DNA of 63,043 bases, filler included, from Candidatus Desantisbacteria bacterium CG1_02_49_89 (GTDB lineage Bacteria; Desantisbacteria; UBA1551): the NCBI GenBank assembly GCA_001871075.1. It is 6 parts of 6 records of this genome, joined end to end, with 100 filler letters (N's around TTAATTAATTAA, not from the genome) between each part and the next. Parts side by side here need not be neighbours in the genome. Positions count along the whole stretch, not along the records: positions 37,030 to 49,181 come from MNUP01000046.1; 5 more parts are not named here. One strand, 5' to 3'. The notes under the pieces were generated by a model, which saw only the letters and a program-made list of their open reading frames with translations, did no database searches and was not told the origin of the DNA. This document shows positions 38,837-49,281 of this stretch, in pieces. The first letter of the stretch is position 1; each line of letters starts with the position of its first letter. The position numbers and the translations under genes are program-made.

Positions 38837-39898
38837 ATGATAACGGCGAATTTTAAAAAGAAGGTTCAGCTTGAAGGAGTGCGGTCAGCGCTTGTATACG
38901 ACGCGCGGCTTGACCCGTTCAAATACTCCCATCATCCGCAGATCACCTTCTGTAACGGAAAATTCTTCGCTATGTGGTCTAACTCTTTGAAAGACGAGGA
39001 TAGCAGCAGCCAGCTTGTCAGGTGGGCGGAGTCTGATGACGGCTGTAAGTGGAAGATGAAGGGGATATTTGCGGAGGACCCTGACGGGCCTGAATTACCG
39101 TTGAGAAGGTTCGCCGCAGGGTGGCGGGTTGACGAGCAGGAGCTTACAGGCTACTTCTGCACTTTTTCCGGCGTTTCCTACAACAACGAGGTAAAAGGCC
39201 AGAAATGGTCTGATGATCTGAAGGCTGAGGCAAGAGTTGTCAGGAACGGAGTTCCTGAGGAAAAGATCGGATCCATCCACGCGGATTTCATAGCGAACGA
39301 AAGCCCCAGGCGCACCGGTCCGGGCAGGTGGATAATACCCGGCGAGGACAAGCGCGGGATCACACAGTTGCTCGTGAACGATACCTTGGACAGCGTTTCG
39401 GGATGGCGTAAGATAACATTGCCGCAGTCACAGGACAAGCATATTATGACAGAGCCCAGCTGGTTTGAAAATGATAAGGGCGTTATAACCATGTTTTTCC
39501 GGGACGACACCGGCTCCGGCTTCCTTTACGCCTGCGAAAGCGCGGACAACGGGGATACCTGGGGGTCTGTTGAAAGGACAGGTTTTCCGGATAACATCGC
39601 GAAATTTGCGTGCGGCAGGCTGGAAGACGGCAGGTTCTTTATAATAGGCAACTCGCATAACGAAAAGAAGTGGTTTCGTATCCCCCTGACCATAAGCGTT
39701 TCGGATGACGGCGCCAGATTTTACAGGCAGTACTTTATACGCGTAGAAGAAACAAACATGCGGTTCGAGGGCATGCACAAGGGGCCGGGTTACCAGTATC
39801 CGGGCGTGCTTGTAAAAGACAACAGGATCTTTATCGTTTATTCAATCAATAAAGAGGATGTGGGTATAAGCGTGTTCGATGCGGACCGGATGGAATGA
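38837..39898 (+). CDS. BNR/Asp-box sialidase-like protein
   Basis: Asp boxes SDDGCKW, SADNGDTW, SDDGARF; YQYP. Confidence 0.8.
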   Translation: MITANFKKKVQLEGVRSALVYDARLDPFKYSHHPQITFCNGKFFAMWSNSLKDEDSSSQLVRWAESDDGCKWKMKGIFAEDPDGPELPLRRFAAGWRVDEQELTGYFCTFSGVSYNNEVKGQKWSDDLKAEARVVRNGVPEEKIGSIHADFIANESPRRTGPGRWIIPGEDKRGITQLLVNDTLDSVSGWRKITLPQSQDKHIMTEPSWFENDKGVITMFFRDDTGSGFLYACESADNGDTWGSVERTGFPDNIAKFACGRLEDGRFFIIGNSHNEKKWFRIPLTISVSDDGARFYRQYFIRVEETNMRFEGMHKGPGYQYPGVLVKDNRIFIVYSINKEDVGISVFDADRME

Positions 39899-40002
39899 AA
39901 AAATAATGGATCGGTCATTGCGAAGAGCGGAGTGATGAAGCAATCTTGTTTTTAGAAGCGGGGTTGCTTCGCTATTGCTCGCAATGACAATGTGAGGAGC
40001 AG

Positions 40003-41409
40003 ATGAACATAATTCTGGTTATTTTTGATTCTCTGCGCAGGGACTGCGTCGGGGTATACGGCTCGCCTCCGTGGGGCAGGATCTATACCCCGAGTTTCGA
40101 CGCTTTCGCGAAAGAATCCGTTATATTCACAAAGGCATTTCCTGAATCCCTGCCAACGCTCCCGGCAAGAAGGGCGATCTACACAGGGCAAAGGGTTTAT
40201 CCTTTCCATAACGCGGATTTCAGGCTCAAGGGGGATTTTGTCGGGGCGCCGGGATGGGGGCCCATACCTGAGGACCAGCCAACGCTTGCTGAAATGCTTA
40301 CCGCGGCCGGGTTCCGCTCAGGCCTTATTTCGGACGTTTACCACATGTTCAAGCCTTCGAAGAACTTCTTCAGGGGGTTCAGCCAGTGGACGTTCCTCAG
40401 GGGGCAGGAAACAGACCCCGCAAGGTCAGGCCCCAGGCTCACGCAAAAGGAAATAGACTACTGGCTTCCGAAGGAATTCCAGAACAAGTGGACGATCGAA
40501 TTCGTCCAGCAGTGTATAATGAACATGCACGGAAGGACCAGGGAAGAGGATTATTTTGCGCCGCGCGTGCTTAACGAGTCGATGAAATGGCTTGACCAGA
40601 ACCAGGACGCTGATAAGATCTTTCTGACAGTGGAATCTTTTGACCCGCACGAGCCCTGGCTTGTGCCGCAGCATTACAGGAAGATGTACCGCAAAGAAGA
40701 GGAGCAGGAGCACGTGATATCCAGGTACGGAGAGATGAAGGAAGCCGAGAAGAAATACCTGCCGCGCCTGCAGGCCAACGTCAGCGGCGAAGTCACTATG
40801 TGCGACAGGTGGTTCGGGTATTTTATGGAAAAATTGAAGAAACTGAACATGCTGGACAATACAATGGTCATACTGACCTCAGACCACGGCCATTCCATAG
40901 GGGATAGGAATTTCACGGGCAAAAGGGGATATCCTTCAGCACCTGAGGTGTATGAGATACCTCTGCTCATACGTATGCCGGGGGCTGTAAATGCCGGGAA
41001 GAAAAGCGATATGTTCGTCCAGCACACGGATATCTCGGCCTGCATTCTGGATTCAGCCGGTGTGCAGCCTGCCGGAAAGATCGACGGCAGGCCTTTCCTG
41101 CAAGACGCGGTTGAAGGCGACAGGGGAAGGCGGGACCACGTTACGGTTGCTTGGGGCTCAACCCCGACTGTCATAACGGACAGGTGGTGGTTCAACTGCA
41201 AGGTCAACGGCAAAGGAATCCTGCTTTACGACCTGGCTACAAAGGACCCGTTCGCAAAAAGCGTGGCAGCAGAGAACGCGCAGGTATGCAAGGAACTTTT
41301 CGCGCTTGCGAAGGAAGACGCGGGCAACGGTTTCCCGGAATGGCTGGTAGGGCTTGCGGATAAAGAAGCGGATGCTCCCGGGTGCTCGGACCTTGTGGTG
41401 AGAGAATAA
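40003..41409 (+). CDS. Sulfatase-family protein with Thr at the nucleophile position
   Basis: FDSLRRD, PTLPARRAIYTG, FDPHEPW, TSDHG. Confidence 0.85.
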   Translation: MNIILVIFDSLRRDCVGVYGSPPWGRIYTPSFDAFAKESVIFTKAFPESLPTLPARRAIYTGQRVYPFHNADFRLKGDFVGAPGWGPIPEDQPTLAEMLTAAGFRSGLISDVYHMFKPSKNFFRGFSQWTFLRGQETDPARSGPRLTQKEIDYWLPKEFQNKWTIEFVQQCIMNMHGRTREEDYFAPRVLNESMKWLDQNQDADKIFLTVESFDPHEPWLVPQHYRKMYRKEEEQEHVISRYGEMKEAEKKYLPRLQANVSGEVTMCDRWFGYFMEKLKKLNMLDNTMVILTSDHGHSIGDRNFTGKRGYPSAPEVYEIPLLIRMPGAVNAGKKSDMFVQHTDISACILDSAGVQPAGKIDGRPFLQDAVEGDRGRRDHVTVAWGSTPTVITDRWWFNCKVNGKGILLYDLATKDPFAKSVAAENAQVCKELFALAKEDAGNGFPEWLVGLADKEADAPGCSDLVVRE

Positions 41410-41552
41410 GAATTGTGAGATTGAGAGATGTAAGATTGTGAGATTGAACTGAAGTTGATTAATTTAAATAGTTTCCTTGCAATTGCGTTGACACGTTGAT
41501 ACGTGGACACGTTGACACGCCTTTAAACTCATGATAATACAAAGGGAGCGTT

Positions 41553-44045
41553 ATGCATAAACGGATATTGATTACGGGACTGATCATTTTAGCCGCGGCG
41601 GGAAGCGCGGGAGCGCGGGCGGCGTCAGCCGCTGATATCGAGAACAGCGTAAGCCTGCTCATAAGCCGGATGACGCTGGAAGAAAAAGTTGATATGGTCT
41701 TTGGCAGGGGTTCTGAGACAAAACAGATAAAGCGCCTGGGCATACCGCCGATCAAGCCGACTGACGGGCCTGTGGGCATAAACTGGGACAGGTCAACCTG
41801 CTTCCCTTCCTCGATAGCTGTGGCTGCAGGGTGGGATACCGCGATCGTAGAGAAAATGGGTAAGGCGATGGGCCTGGAGGCAAGGGCGAAAAGAAGGAAC
41901 GTGCACCTGGGCCCCTGCATAAACATAAACCGCGAACCGCACGGGGGAAGGGATTTTGAAAGCTACGGGGAGGACCCCTGGCTTGTTTCAAGGATGGCAG
42001 TGGCATATATCAGGGGGGTGCAGAGCCAGAACGTGATATCCTGCCCCAAGCATTACGCGTGCAACAACCAGGAATGGGAAAGAGGAAGCATAAACGCTGT
42101 AGTGGACGAAAGGACGCTTAACGAAATATATTTCCCGGCTTTCAAGGCGAGCATCCAGGAAGCCGGAGCCTGGTCGGTGATGGCTGCGTATAACAAGCTC
42201 AACGGTTATCACTGCACTGAGAACGGATACCTTCTGACAGACGTCCTGAAAAAGGAATGGGGATTCAGGGGCATAGCGCTTTCGGACTGGGGAGCCACGC
42301 ACAGCACGGTCGAGGCAGCGAACGCCGGCCTGGACCTGGAAATGCCGACAGGGGAATTCTTCGGCGGAAACAAGCTTTTGAATGCCGTTAATGACGGCAG
42401 GGTTAGCGAGGAAATAATAAATGACAAGGTAGCCAGGATACTCAGGGCGCTGATAAGCACGGGCCAGCTTGACAAGCTTGAAAGGGTGAGCCTTAGGACC
42501 GTTAACTGCGATGAGCACAAGGCGCTCGCGCTTGAAATAGCCAGGCAGGGGATAGTGCTTTTGAAGAACGAGGGCAATATACTTCCTCTGGATAAAAACA
42601 AAATAAGGTCTATCGCGATCATAGGTCCGAATGCCGCGGTGGCGAGGTTTGCTGGAGGGGGAAGCTCGCACGTAAATCCTTATTACTCGATAAGCCCGCT
42701 GAAAGGGATACAGGACAAGGTTGGGGATAAGATCACGGTTTATTACGCTCAGGGAAGCGGTCTGACAGACGAGATAGCCATTGATTCGCAGTATCTTCTT
42801 ACACCAGACACGGAAACCGCGCGCCACGGGCTTAAAGCGGAGTTTTTCGCGAACAAGCGCCTTGCCGGAAAACCCGTTTACACGAGGATCGACCCGACAA
42901 TTGATTTTAACTGGGGAGGCGGAGGCCCGCGTTCCGGGTGGAAGGCTGACGATTTCTCGATAAGGTGGACCGGAAGGATTGTCGCCCCGGAAAACGGGGA
43001 ATACAGGATAAGCACTGTCAGCGATGACGGAGTACGCCTTTTTCTGGACGGCGTGCTTCGGTTCTCCGACTGGAATGACCACGGAGCCCAGAGGAAGACC
43101 GCGACGGTTGAGCTTGAAAAAGGCAGGGCTTACGACATATGCCTGGAATATTACGAGAACCAGGGAGTGGCTTCGATGAGGCTGATATGGGACGGGCCCG
43201 GCCTTGACCCGGTCGCTGAGGCGGTTGATGCGGCGAAGAAAGCGGATGCTGTTCTGCTTTTCTGCGGTACCTCGGACGCGCTTGAGAGCGAGGGGTTTGA
43301 CAGGAGCCTGCTTGAGCTTCCCGCGTGCCAGGAGGAACTGATAGACGCCGTGACTGCCGCCAATAAAAACACGGTCATGGTCCTGAACACCGGATCACCC
43401 GTGCTTATGGAAAAATGGATCGACAAGATACCCGCGCTTGTGGAGGCGTGGTTCCCCGGGGAGCAATGCGGAAACGCGATCGCTGACGTGCTTTTCGGAG
43501 ACGTAAATCCTTCAGGCAAGCTTCCCGTGACTTTCCCCAAAAGGTGGGAGGACTGCCCGGCTTACGGGAATTATCCGGGGGAGAACGGCAAGGTTGAATA
43601 TGCTGAAGGCATTTTCGTTGGATACAGGTATTTTGACGCCAAGGGCGTGGAGCCTCGGTTCCCGTTCGGCTTCGGGCTTTCCTATACAATCTTTCAATTT
43701 TCAAATCTTAAAATCGAGCCGAAGACCGTGGACGCAAAAGGAAAGGTGAGGGTCAGCCTTGACGTCCAGAACACGGGTAAGGTTGAGGGAGCTGAGGTCG
43801 TGCAGGTTTACGTAAGGGATTTGCAGTCAAGTGTTCCCAGGCCGCCCAAAGAGTTGAAACGTTTTAAAAGGATAAACCTTAAGCCGGGTGAAAGATCGAA
43901 GGTGGAATTCACGCTTGACCGGAACTGCCTTGCGTTTTACAGCCCGGAGAAAAAGGGGTGGGTGGCTGAGCCGGGTGAATTTGAGGTGCTTATCGGCAGT
44001 TCTTCCCGGGACATCCGCCTGCAGGGCAGTTTTTCCTTAAAATAG
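41553..44045 (+). CDS. GH3 beta-glucosidase with PA14 and Fn3-like domains, secreted
   Basis: TDGPVG, GRDFESYGEDP, KHY, SDWG, SIRWTG/SDDGVRL (PA14), PFGFGLSY. Confidence 0.95.
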   Translation: MHKRILITGLIILAAAGSAGARAASAADIENSVSLLISRMTLEEKVDMVFGRGSETKQIKRLGIPPIKPTDGPVGINWDRSTCFPSSIAVAAGWDTAIVEKMGKAMGLEARAKRRNVHLGPCININREPHGGRDFESYGEDPWLVSRMAVAYIRGVQSQNVISCPKHYACNNQEWERGSINAVVDERTLNEIYFPAFKASIQEAGAWSVMAAYNKLNGYHCTENGYLLTDVLKKEWGFRGIALSDWGATHSTVEAANAGLDLEMPTGEFFGGNKLLNAVNDGRVSEEIINDKVARILRALISTGQLDKLERVSLRTVNCDEHKALALEIARQGIVLLKNEGNILPLDKNKIRSIAIIGPNAAVARFAGGGSSHVNPYYSISPLKGIQDKVGDKITVYYAQGSGLTDEIAIDSQYLLTPDTETARHGLKAEFFANKRLAGKPVYTRIDPTIDFNWGGGGPRSGWKADDFSIRWTGRIVAPENGEYRISTVSDDGVRLFLDGVLRFSDWNDHGAQRKTATVELEKGRAYDICLEYYENQGVASMRLIWDGPGLDPVAEAVDAAKKADAVLLFCGTSDALESEGFDRSLLELPACQEELIDAVTAANKNTVMVLNTGSPVLMEKWIDKIPALVEAWFPGEQCGNAIADVLFGDVNPSGKLPVTFPKRWEDCPAYGNYPGENGKVEYAEGIFVGYRYFDAKGVEPRFPFGFGLSYTIFQFSNLKIEPKTVDAKGKVRVSLDVQNTGKVEGAEVVQVYVRDLQSSVPRPPKELKRFKRINLKPGERSKVEFTLDRNCLAFYSPEKKGWVAEPGEFEVLIGSSSRDIRLQGSFSLK

Positions 44046-44295
44046 GATTGTTTATCCATAATCTTCCTCGGACATCCCCCCCTTTAACAAAGGGGGATTG
44101 AGGGGGATTTTGTAGCGTAGGGGCAAGCTTGCTTGCCCGCTCCGCCACGAATATTGGCGGACTGGGCGGGATGGGGGAAGATTGAGATGAGGGTGACCAA
44201 TTTATCAGTTTAAATAACGTGTCAGAGTTGTGCGGCGAGTGGTTTATGGTCCTTGCAAAAAAGTAGATTATCATTAAAAATTTGATAATTTTATT

Positions 44296-44480
44296 CTGCT
44301 AAATGTGTTACAGTATTAGCATATTTGCAACACTTGTAGCAGGACTTTTAAATAACTCTATTTGGTATTGTGAGTGAGATAGGTAGTAAAAGGATGATAA
44401 AGTCATTATTTTTGACATAATTTGACAAAACCTGCTAAATGTGTTATAATATCAGCATATTTGCAACACTTGTAGCAGGA
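44296..44480 (+). promoter_or_regulatory. Consensus sigma70 promoter with duplicated 49-bp palindromic operator-like unit
   Basis: TTGACA(44422)-17-TATAAT(44445); units 44296-44344 and 44432-44480 differ at 3 positions. Confidence 0.75.
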
Positions 44481-44489
44481 GGAGGGAAG

Positions 44490-45710
44490 ATGGCCTGGGA
44501 ATATCTTGGGTTAAATAAGGAACCGTTTTTATCGATAAACCCATTGTTAATGCAGGAAGAATTGGCCTATTTTGTAAACCGTGAGAAAGAACTCCAGCTT
44601 TTAAAAAGGTATTTCGATACCAACATTTCTCAGCACATTTTGATTTCAGGCAAAGCAGGCCTAGGCAAAACTTCTTTGGTTTGCTATCTAGGGATTCCCA
44701 GAGAGAATGAAGATTTTATACGAATTAATCTATCTGAATCTAAACAACAAGAAGGCCAGATCCTTGATTTGATAACTCATGATTTGCTAGAATTTGGTTG
44801 CAGATTGAAAATAAAAGGGGCAGAGAATCTTGGGGAAGATTTTTTATATTGCAAAAAAGAAACAGAAGAAATGGCAGGTGATATCAAGGCAGGAGTTATT
44901 ATAGAAGGAAAAGTATCTTCCAAGAAAGGAACAGAAAAAACAAGAAGGCGTCTACCATTTGATACGGAACAGATACTGGGTAAAATATTAGTCGCCGTAA
45001 AAAATCACATAAAACACCCGCCTATTATCTTTATTGATGAAAGTGACCATCTGCCGGAATCCACTCAGGAGACTATTCTCTTACAAATAGAGTCACTTTT
45101 AGTATCTAACAAGTGCAAAGTTTTTTTTACAACACGAAAAGAAATTGAGAATATTTTTCTTGGAGATGTAAATTCTAAGTATAGATCAAGATTTACTGAT
45201 ATTATCCCATTGGGACCTATAAAGCCATCAGCAGGTAGCATGGCAAAATTGATTTTGGAGAAGAGATTTGAACCTTGTGCTGGTGAAAATTATCAATATC
45301 CATTTGCAGAAGAAACTAATATATTTCTTGAAGACGTTTCCAATGGAAGCATCCGGGAACTTTTAAGATATACATCTTTTATTCTTAGCGAAGCAAGCGC
45401 TAGCAAACTGCTAAAGCCAATTAACGTCGATTTCGCTTTTAAAGTTTTAAGTGAAAAACAACTTTTAGCATCCGGGATTGAATCTAAAGAATATCAAATA
45501 ATGAAGATATTGGAATTAAAACCTTTGTCGCCATCAGATAAAATATTGCAGGAAAAAACACTCTTCAAGCGAGCAACCTTAAATATTTTGCTTACTGAAT
45601 TAGATAAAAAGGGTTTTACGCAAAAAATATGCGAAGGTAAAAAAATTCTACACAAACTGACACCGAAAGGAAAATGGGTCCTTAAGAGTTATGAAATTAC
45701 AAGGCTATAA
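44490..45710 (+). CDS. P-loop AAA-type ATPase with C-terminal winged-helix domain
   Basis: FVNREKEL, GKAGLGKT, IIFIDESD, GSIRE, C-terminal LTPKG; ggagg RBS before ATG 44490; low GC. Confidence 0.75.
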   Translation: MAWEYLGLNKEPFLSINPLLMQEELAYFVNREKELQLLKRYFDTNISQHILISGKAGLGKTSLVCYLGIPRENEDFIRINLSESKQQEGQILDLITHDLLEFGCRLKIKGAENLGEDFLYCKKETEEMAGDIKAGVIIEGKVSSKKGTEKTRRRLPFDTEQILGKILVAVKNHIKHPPIIFIDESDHLPESTQETILLQIESLLVSNKCKVFFTTRKEIENIFLGDVNSKYRSRFTDIIPLGPIKPSAGSMAKLILEKRFEPCAGENYQYPFAEETNIFLEDVSNGSIRELLRYTSFILSEASASKLLKPINVDFAFKVLSEKQLLASGIESKEYQIMKILELKPLSPSDKILQEKTLFKRATLNILLTELDKKGFTQKICEGKKILHKLTPKGKWVLKSYEITRL

Positions 45711-45805
45711 AGGGATTATTTTAAACCTGAATAATGCGTGAAAACGCTGTTTTCAAAGGTGGTCTGTAAACTACTATAATCAAAATTCTAATCAGGGATA
45801 GATGG

Positions 45806-45904
45806 ATGTACGGCGGAATCCAGTTCCGGTTTATTCATTGGGATAACGACCCTTCCAGTGATCTTGGATACACTCACAGGATATCAGTAACAGCGGAGTT
45901 TTAA
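45806..45904 (+). pseudogene. Remnant C-terminus of a PorV-like beta-barrel gene
   Basis: ...PSSDLGYTHRISVTAEF* with terminal Phe; upstream frame closed at 45767. Confidence 0.45.
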
Positions 45905-45940
45905 CTGAAAAAAATCTCCGCGTAGAATTAAAGAAAACCG

Positions 45941-47414
45941 AAGGCTTTCCCACTTTACTCGCAACTTTAGATTAGGATTTATATCTTTTTTGTTATTAAG
46001 GGCGTCTTGAAAAATAGATGTTGTTTATGGCGCGCATTTAATTTTATTGCTCTTTGACTTAAAGTGTGGTAGAATTTCTCTAAGAAAGGAGGGATTCTAC
46101 CAATGCAAAACAACGAGAAAGAACCGAAGGTCAAGATTCTCAGGACAAGGGTTCCTAAAACTGTCATTTGTCCCTTTTGTGGAATGAGACAACCATTTAG
46201 AAAAGAAACCGGTTACTGGCGAACCATAAAGGATATGAACCTTGATGAGCCAGTGCTACTAAAAATCCAGATGGTGTGTGCTAAATGCTTAAATCCTGTC
46301 TGTAAAAAGGGAAGTTTCAGTCTGCCTGTCTCTGGAATAGAAAAATACGCAAGGGCAACAATTAGGCTTAAAAAGGAATCCGTTGCTACAATCATCGAGG
46401 ATAATTCCACACTTCCCAGGGCAGGGAAAAGATTATCGCGTTCATTTAATACCACAGGCAGTAAATCCAGTATTGACCGCTGGAAACATCGAGAAGCTGA
46501 TAAATACGATATTAAGGACATCATTGCCAGACTTGATTTCTCCGGAGTACTTTCTCTTGATGAATACTGGCCGAGGCGTTCATCCACTCCTGATTTCATA
46601 AGTGGTGATGGACTTAAGTGCAGGATCCTTTATGCCGAGAATGTCCCCGAGAGAAGCTACAAATATGTAAAGGCTCATTTAGAGAAAATAAAGGAATTGG
46701 GAATTAATCCCTGGCTGATTATATTTGATACCTGGAAGCCTTTTCCTGGGGCAGCAAGGGAAGTTTTTCCAAATATCCTTATCCAGATTGACTACTTCCA
46801 CATTATGAAGGTAGTGCACTGGCACTTAAGGAATGCCCTGGCTGAATACCGCAAGATGCTCAAAGAACAGGAGAATAGCCTTCATAAAGTTCTCTGGAAG
46901 AACAGAAAATTAATTCTAAAGAATCTGGATGAACAAACTCAAGAACAACGCATAGAAACCAGGTTTACACTCTCTTTGTTTAAGGGAACGGTAGTAGAGG
47001 ATATTATTACTTTCAAAGAGTGGATCCGTGATATTTTCCTCTGTAGCAGAGACAAACAGGATGCCCTTAACAGAAGAAACAGGCTTTACGCCGATAAATG
47101 GCATTTAAAGAACAGGCACTTCCGTTTTATAATGAAGTATCTTATGTCTCATGTCTTTAACTACATGACCACTTATTTAGAACACCCTGGAGTCCCAAGG
47201 TCAGGTAACTCAGAAAATCTCATCAGTGTATGGCGCCAGATGGAATCAGTGCGCTACGGATTTAAGAGTAACAAGGGCGCCCTGGACCACCTTAAACTCT
47301 ACCAAATTTCCAAGTATTTAGAGGGCAAGTTTCCTTAAAACACGAAAAAATGAGCTAAGTATAGCTATTTCAAACCATTATGTTAAAAAGTTGCGAGTAA
47401 AGTGGGAAAGCGTC
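45941..47414 (+). mobile_element. Complete ISL3-like IS with terminal inverted repeats and 8-bp TSD
   Basis: IR core gctttcccactttactcgcaacttt at both ends; gaaaaccg duplicated at 45933-45940 and 47415-47422. Confidence 0.9.
46103..47338 (+). CDS. DDE transposase, ISL3-like
   Basis: CPFCG...CLNPVC zinc finger; LSLDE, IIFD, QIDYFH, NSEN. Confidence 0.85.
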   Translation: MQNNEKEPKVKILRTRVPKTVICPFCGMRQPFRKETGYWRTIKDMNLDEPVLLKIQMVCAKCLNPVCKKGSFSLPVSGIEKYARATIRLKKESVATIIEDNSTLPRAGKRLSRSFNTTGSKSSIDRWKHREADKYDIKDIIARLDFSGVLSLDEYWPRRSSTPDFISGDGLKCRILYAENVPERSYKYVKAHLEKIKELGINPWLIIFDTWKPFPGAAREVFPNILIQIDYFHIMKVVHWHLRNALAEYRKMLKEQENSLHKVLWKNRKLILKNLDEQTQEQRIETRFTLSLFKGTVVEDIITFKEWIRDIFLCSRDKQDALNRRNRLYADKWHLKNRHFRFIMKYLMSHVFNYMTTYLEHPGVPRSGNSENLISVWRQMESVRYGFKSNKGALDHLKLYQISKYLEGKFP

Positions 47415-47570
47415 GAAAACCGCCAGGAAAGGCGGTTTTTACTTTTTCTTGCTTTTTTTATAAAATAATATATAATATACTATAACAAATTTATTCTATT
47501 TATTACGAATAATGATATTGTAAAATAAAATCCGTGGAAATCTGTGATAATCTGTGGTTAAAGGTTTCAT

Positions 47571-48827
47571 ATGAAGAAGCCGAACGTAATACTTGTAACA
47601 AGCCACGACACAGGCACTCACTTCGGGTGTTGCGGGGACAGGTCCGTAAAGACACCGAACATAGACAGGATCGCGTCGCAGGGCGCGCTTTTCACGGACA
47701 ATTTCTGCACGACACCGCTGTGTTCCCCTTCAAGGGGCAGTATTATCACAGGCAGGTATCCTGTTTCAAACGGGCTTATGGGCCTGGTGAACAGGGGATG
47801 GGACATGCCTGACACCGAAAGATCCCTTCCCCATTACCTGGAAGACGCGGGTTACTCGACCTATCTTTTTGGTTTCCAGCACGAGCGCACAGACCCGGCG
47901 AAAAGCGGTTACGAAAATATCGCCCGCACGAACGGGGTTCTGTGCAGGGAAGTGATAGATGCCGCCGCGCAGTTCGTAAGTGAAAGAAAGGATAAAAAAC
48001 CCTTTTTCGCCGCGATAGGTTTTTTTGAAACTCATTTGCCGTTTAACAACACCAGGTATAAAGGCGCAGACCCTGAAAAGGTGTGGGTCCCGCCTTATCT
48101 TGTTGACTGCCCGGAAATAAGGAGCGAGGTCGCGAAATTCCACGGCCTTGTGCGCGAAGTTGACGATAACGCCGGGAAACTCGCTGACGCCGTCAAAAAG
48201 GCCGGGTTGGAAGAGAACACTGTTTTTATATACACGGTTGACCACGGCATAGGTTTTCCCGGAGCTAAGTCCACTCTGTATGACCCGGGCATAAAGACCG
48301 CGTTCATGGTCAAATGGCCTGCGGTGATCCCGGAAGGCACGGTTATCAGCAGGCTTACCAGCAATATTGACCTTCTGCCCACCTTACTGGACCTGCTGGA
48401 TATACCTGCTGACAGGAGCATACAGGGCAGGAGCCTTGTTCCTTTATTCAACTGTCATTGCGACCCCGATGCTGTATCGGGGGAAGCAATCTATGCCCAG
48501 AAAGACTGGCATGATTGCTATGACCCCAAACGCTGCGTAAGGACGCGCGAGTTCAAGTATATAAGGAATTTTGAAAAGGGTCCCATGCTTGTTTTGCCTG
48601 AAGATATATTGAACAGCCCTGCCGCGAAACACGTGCATGAAAGGTTCAAAGGGCAAAGGCCTGCCGAGGAACTCTACGACCTTAAAAAAGACCCGGACGA
48701 GTTCAACAACGTCGCGCAAGACCCTGGATACGCGCAGGCCAAAAAGCAGCTGCGCGCGAGCCTGGATTCCTGGATGCTAGAAAATAACGATTATTTGCGC
48801 GGCATGATAGTAACAAGTAACAAGTGA
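47571..48827 (+). CDS. Sulfatase (sulfamidase-like, Cys-type)
   Basis: LCSPSRGSIITGRYP, VDHG, EELYDL. Confidence 0.9.
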   Translation: MKKPNVILVTSHDTGTHFGCCGDRSVKTPNIDRIASQGALFTDNFCTTPLCSPSRGSIITGRYPVSNGLMGLVNRGWDMPDTERSLPHYLEDAGYSTYLFGFQHERTDPAKSGYENIARTNGVLCREVIDAAAQFVSERKDKKPFFAAIGFFETHLPFNNTRYKGADPEKVWVPPYLVDCPEIRSEVAKFHGLVREVDDNAGKLADAVKKAGLEENTVFIYTVDHGIGFPGAKSTLYDPGIKTAFMVKWPAVIPEGTVISRLTSNIDLLPTLLDLLDIPADRSIQGRSLVPLFNCHCDPDAVSGEAIYAQKDWHDCYDPKRCVRTREFKYIRNFEKGPMLVLPEDILNSPAAKHVHERFKGQRPAEELYDLKKDPDEFNNVAQDPGYAQAKKQLRASLDSWMLENNDYLRGMIVTSNK

Positions 48828-48972
48828 CTAGTAACTAGTGGTCCGTGGTGTTAATTTATAACCAGCATGTCATTGCGAGCCCGAAGGGCGTGGCAATCCA
48901 GATACAAGATTGCTTCGTCACTTTCGTTCCTCGCAATGACAGATAAATCAAGAATTTATATCACGAGGAAAC

Positions 48973-49181
48973 ATGGAGAGCAAACCTTTCGAGACCGCAA
49001 AATGGATAGCGCCTGCCGGAAGCGAGAAGAAAAAGAATTTTCATTTCAGGGCGAGGAAGAAATTCACGCTGGATGATGCACCCACCGGAAAAGTTCTTTT
49101 GCGCATCGCGGCCGAGTCCTATTATATCCTTTACGTTAATTCCTTCGTGGCAGGGCAAGGGCCTGCCAGGGGGACAAGGAC
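48973..49181 (+). CDS. GH78 alpha-L-rhamnosidase-like N-terminus (truncated)
   Basis: AKWI...RKKFTL...IAAESYYILYVN...GPAR. Confidence 0.7.
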
Positions 49182-49281
49182 NNNNNNNNNNNNNNNNNNN
49201 NNNNNNNNNNNNNNNNNNNNNNNNNTTAATTAATTAANNNNNNNNNNNNNNNNNNNNNNNNNNNNNNNNNNNNNNNNNNNN

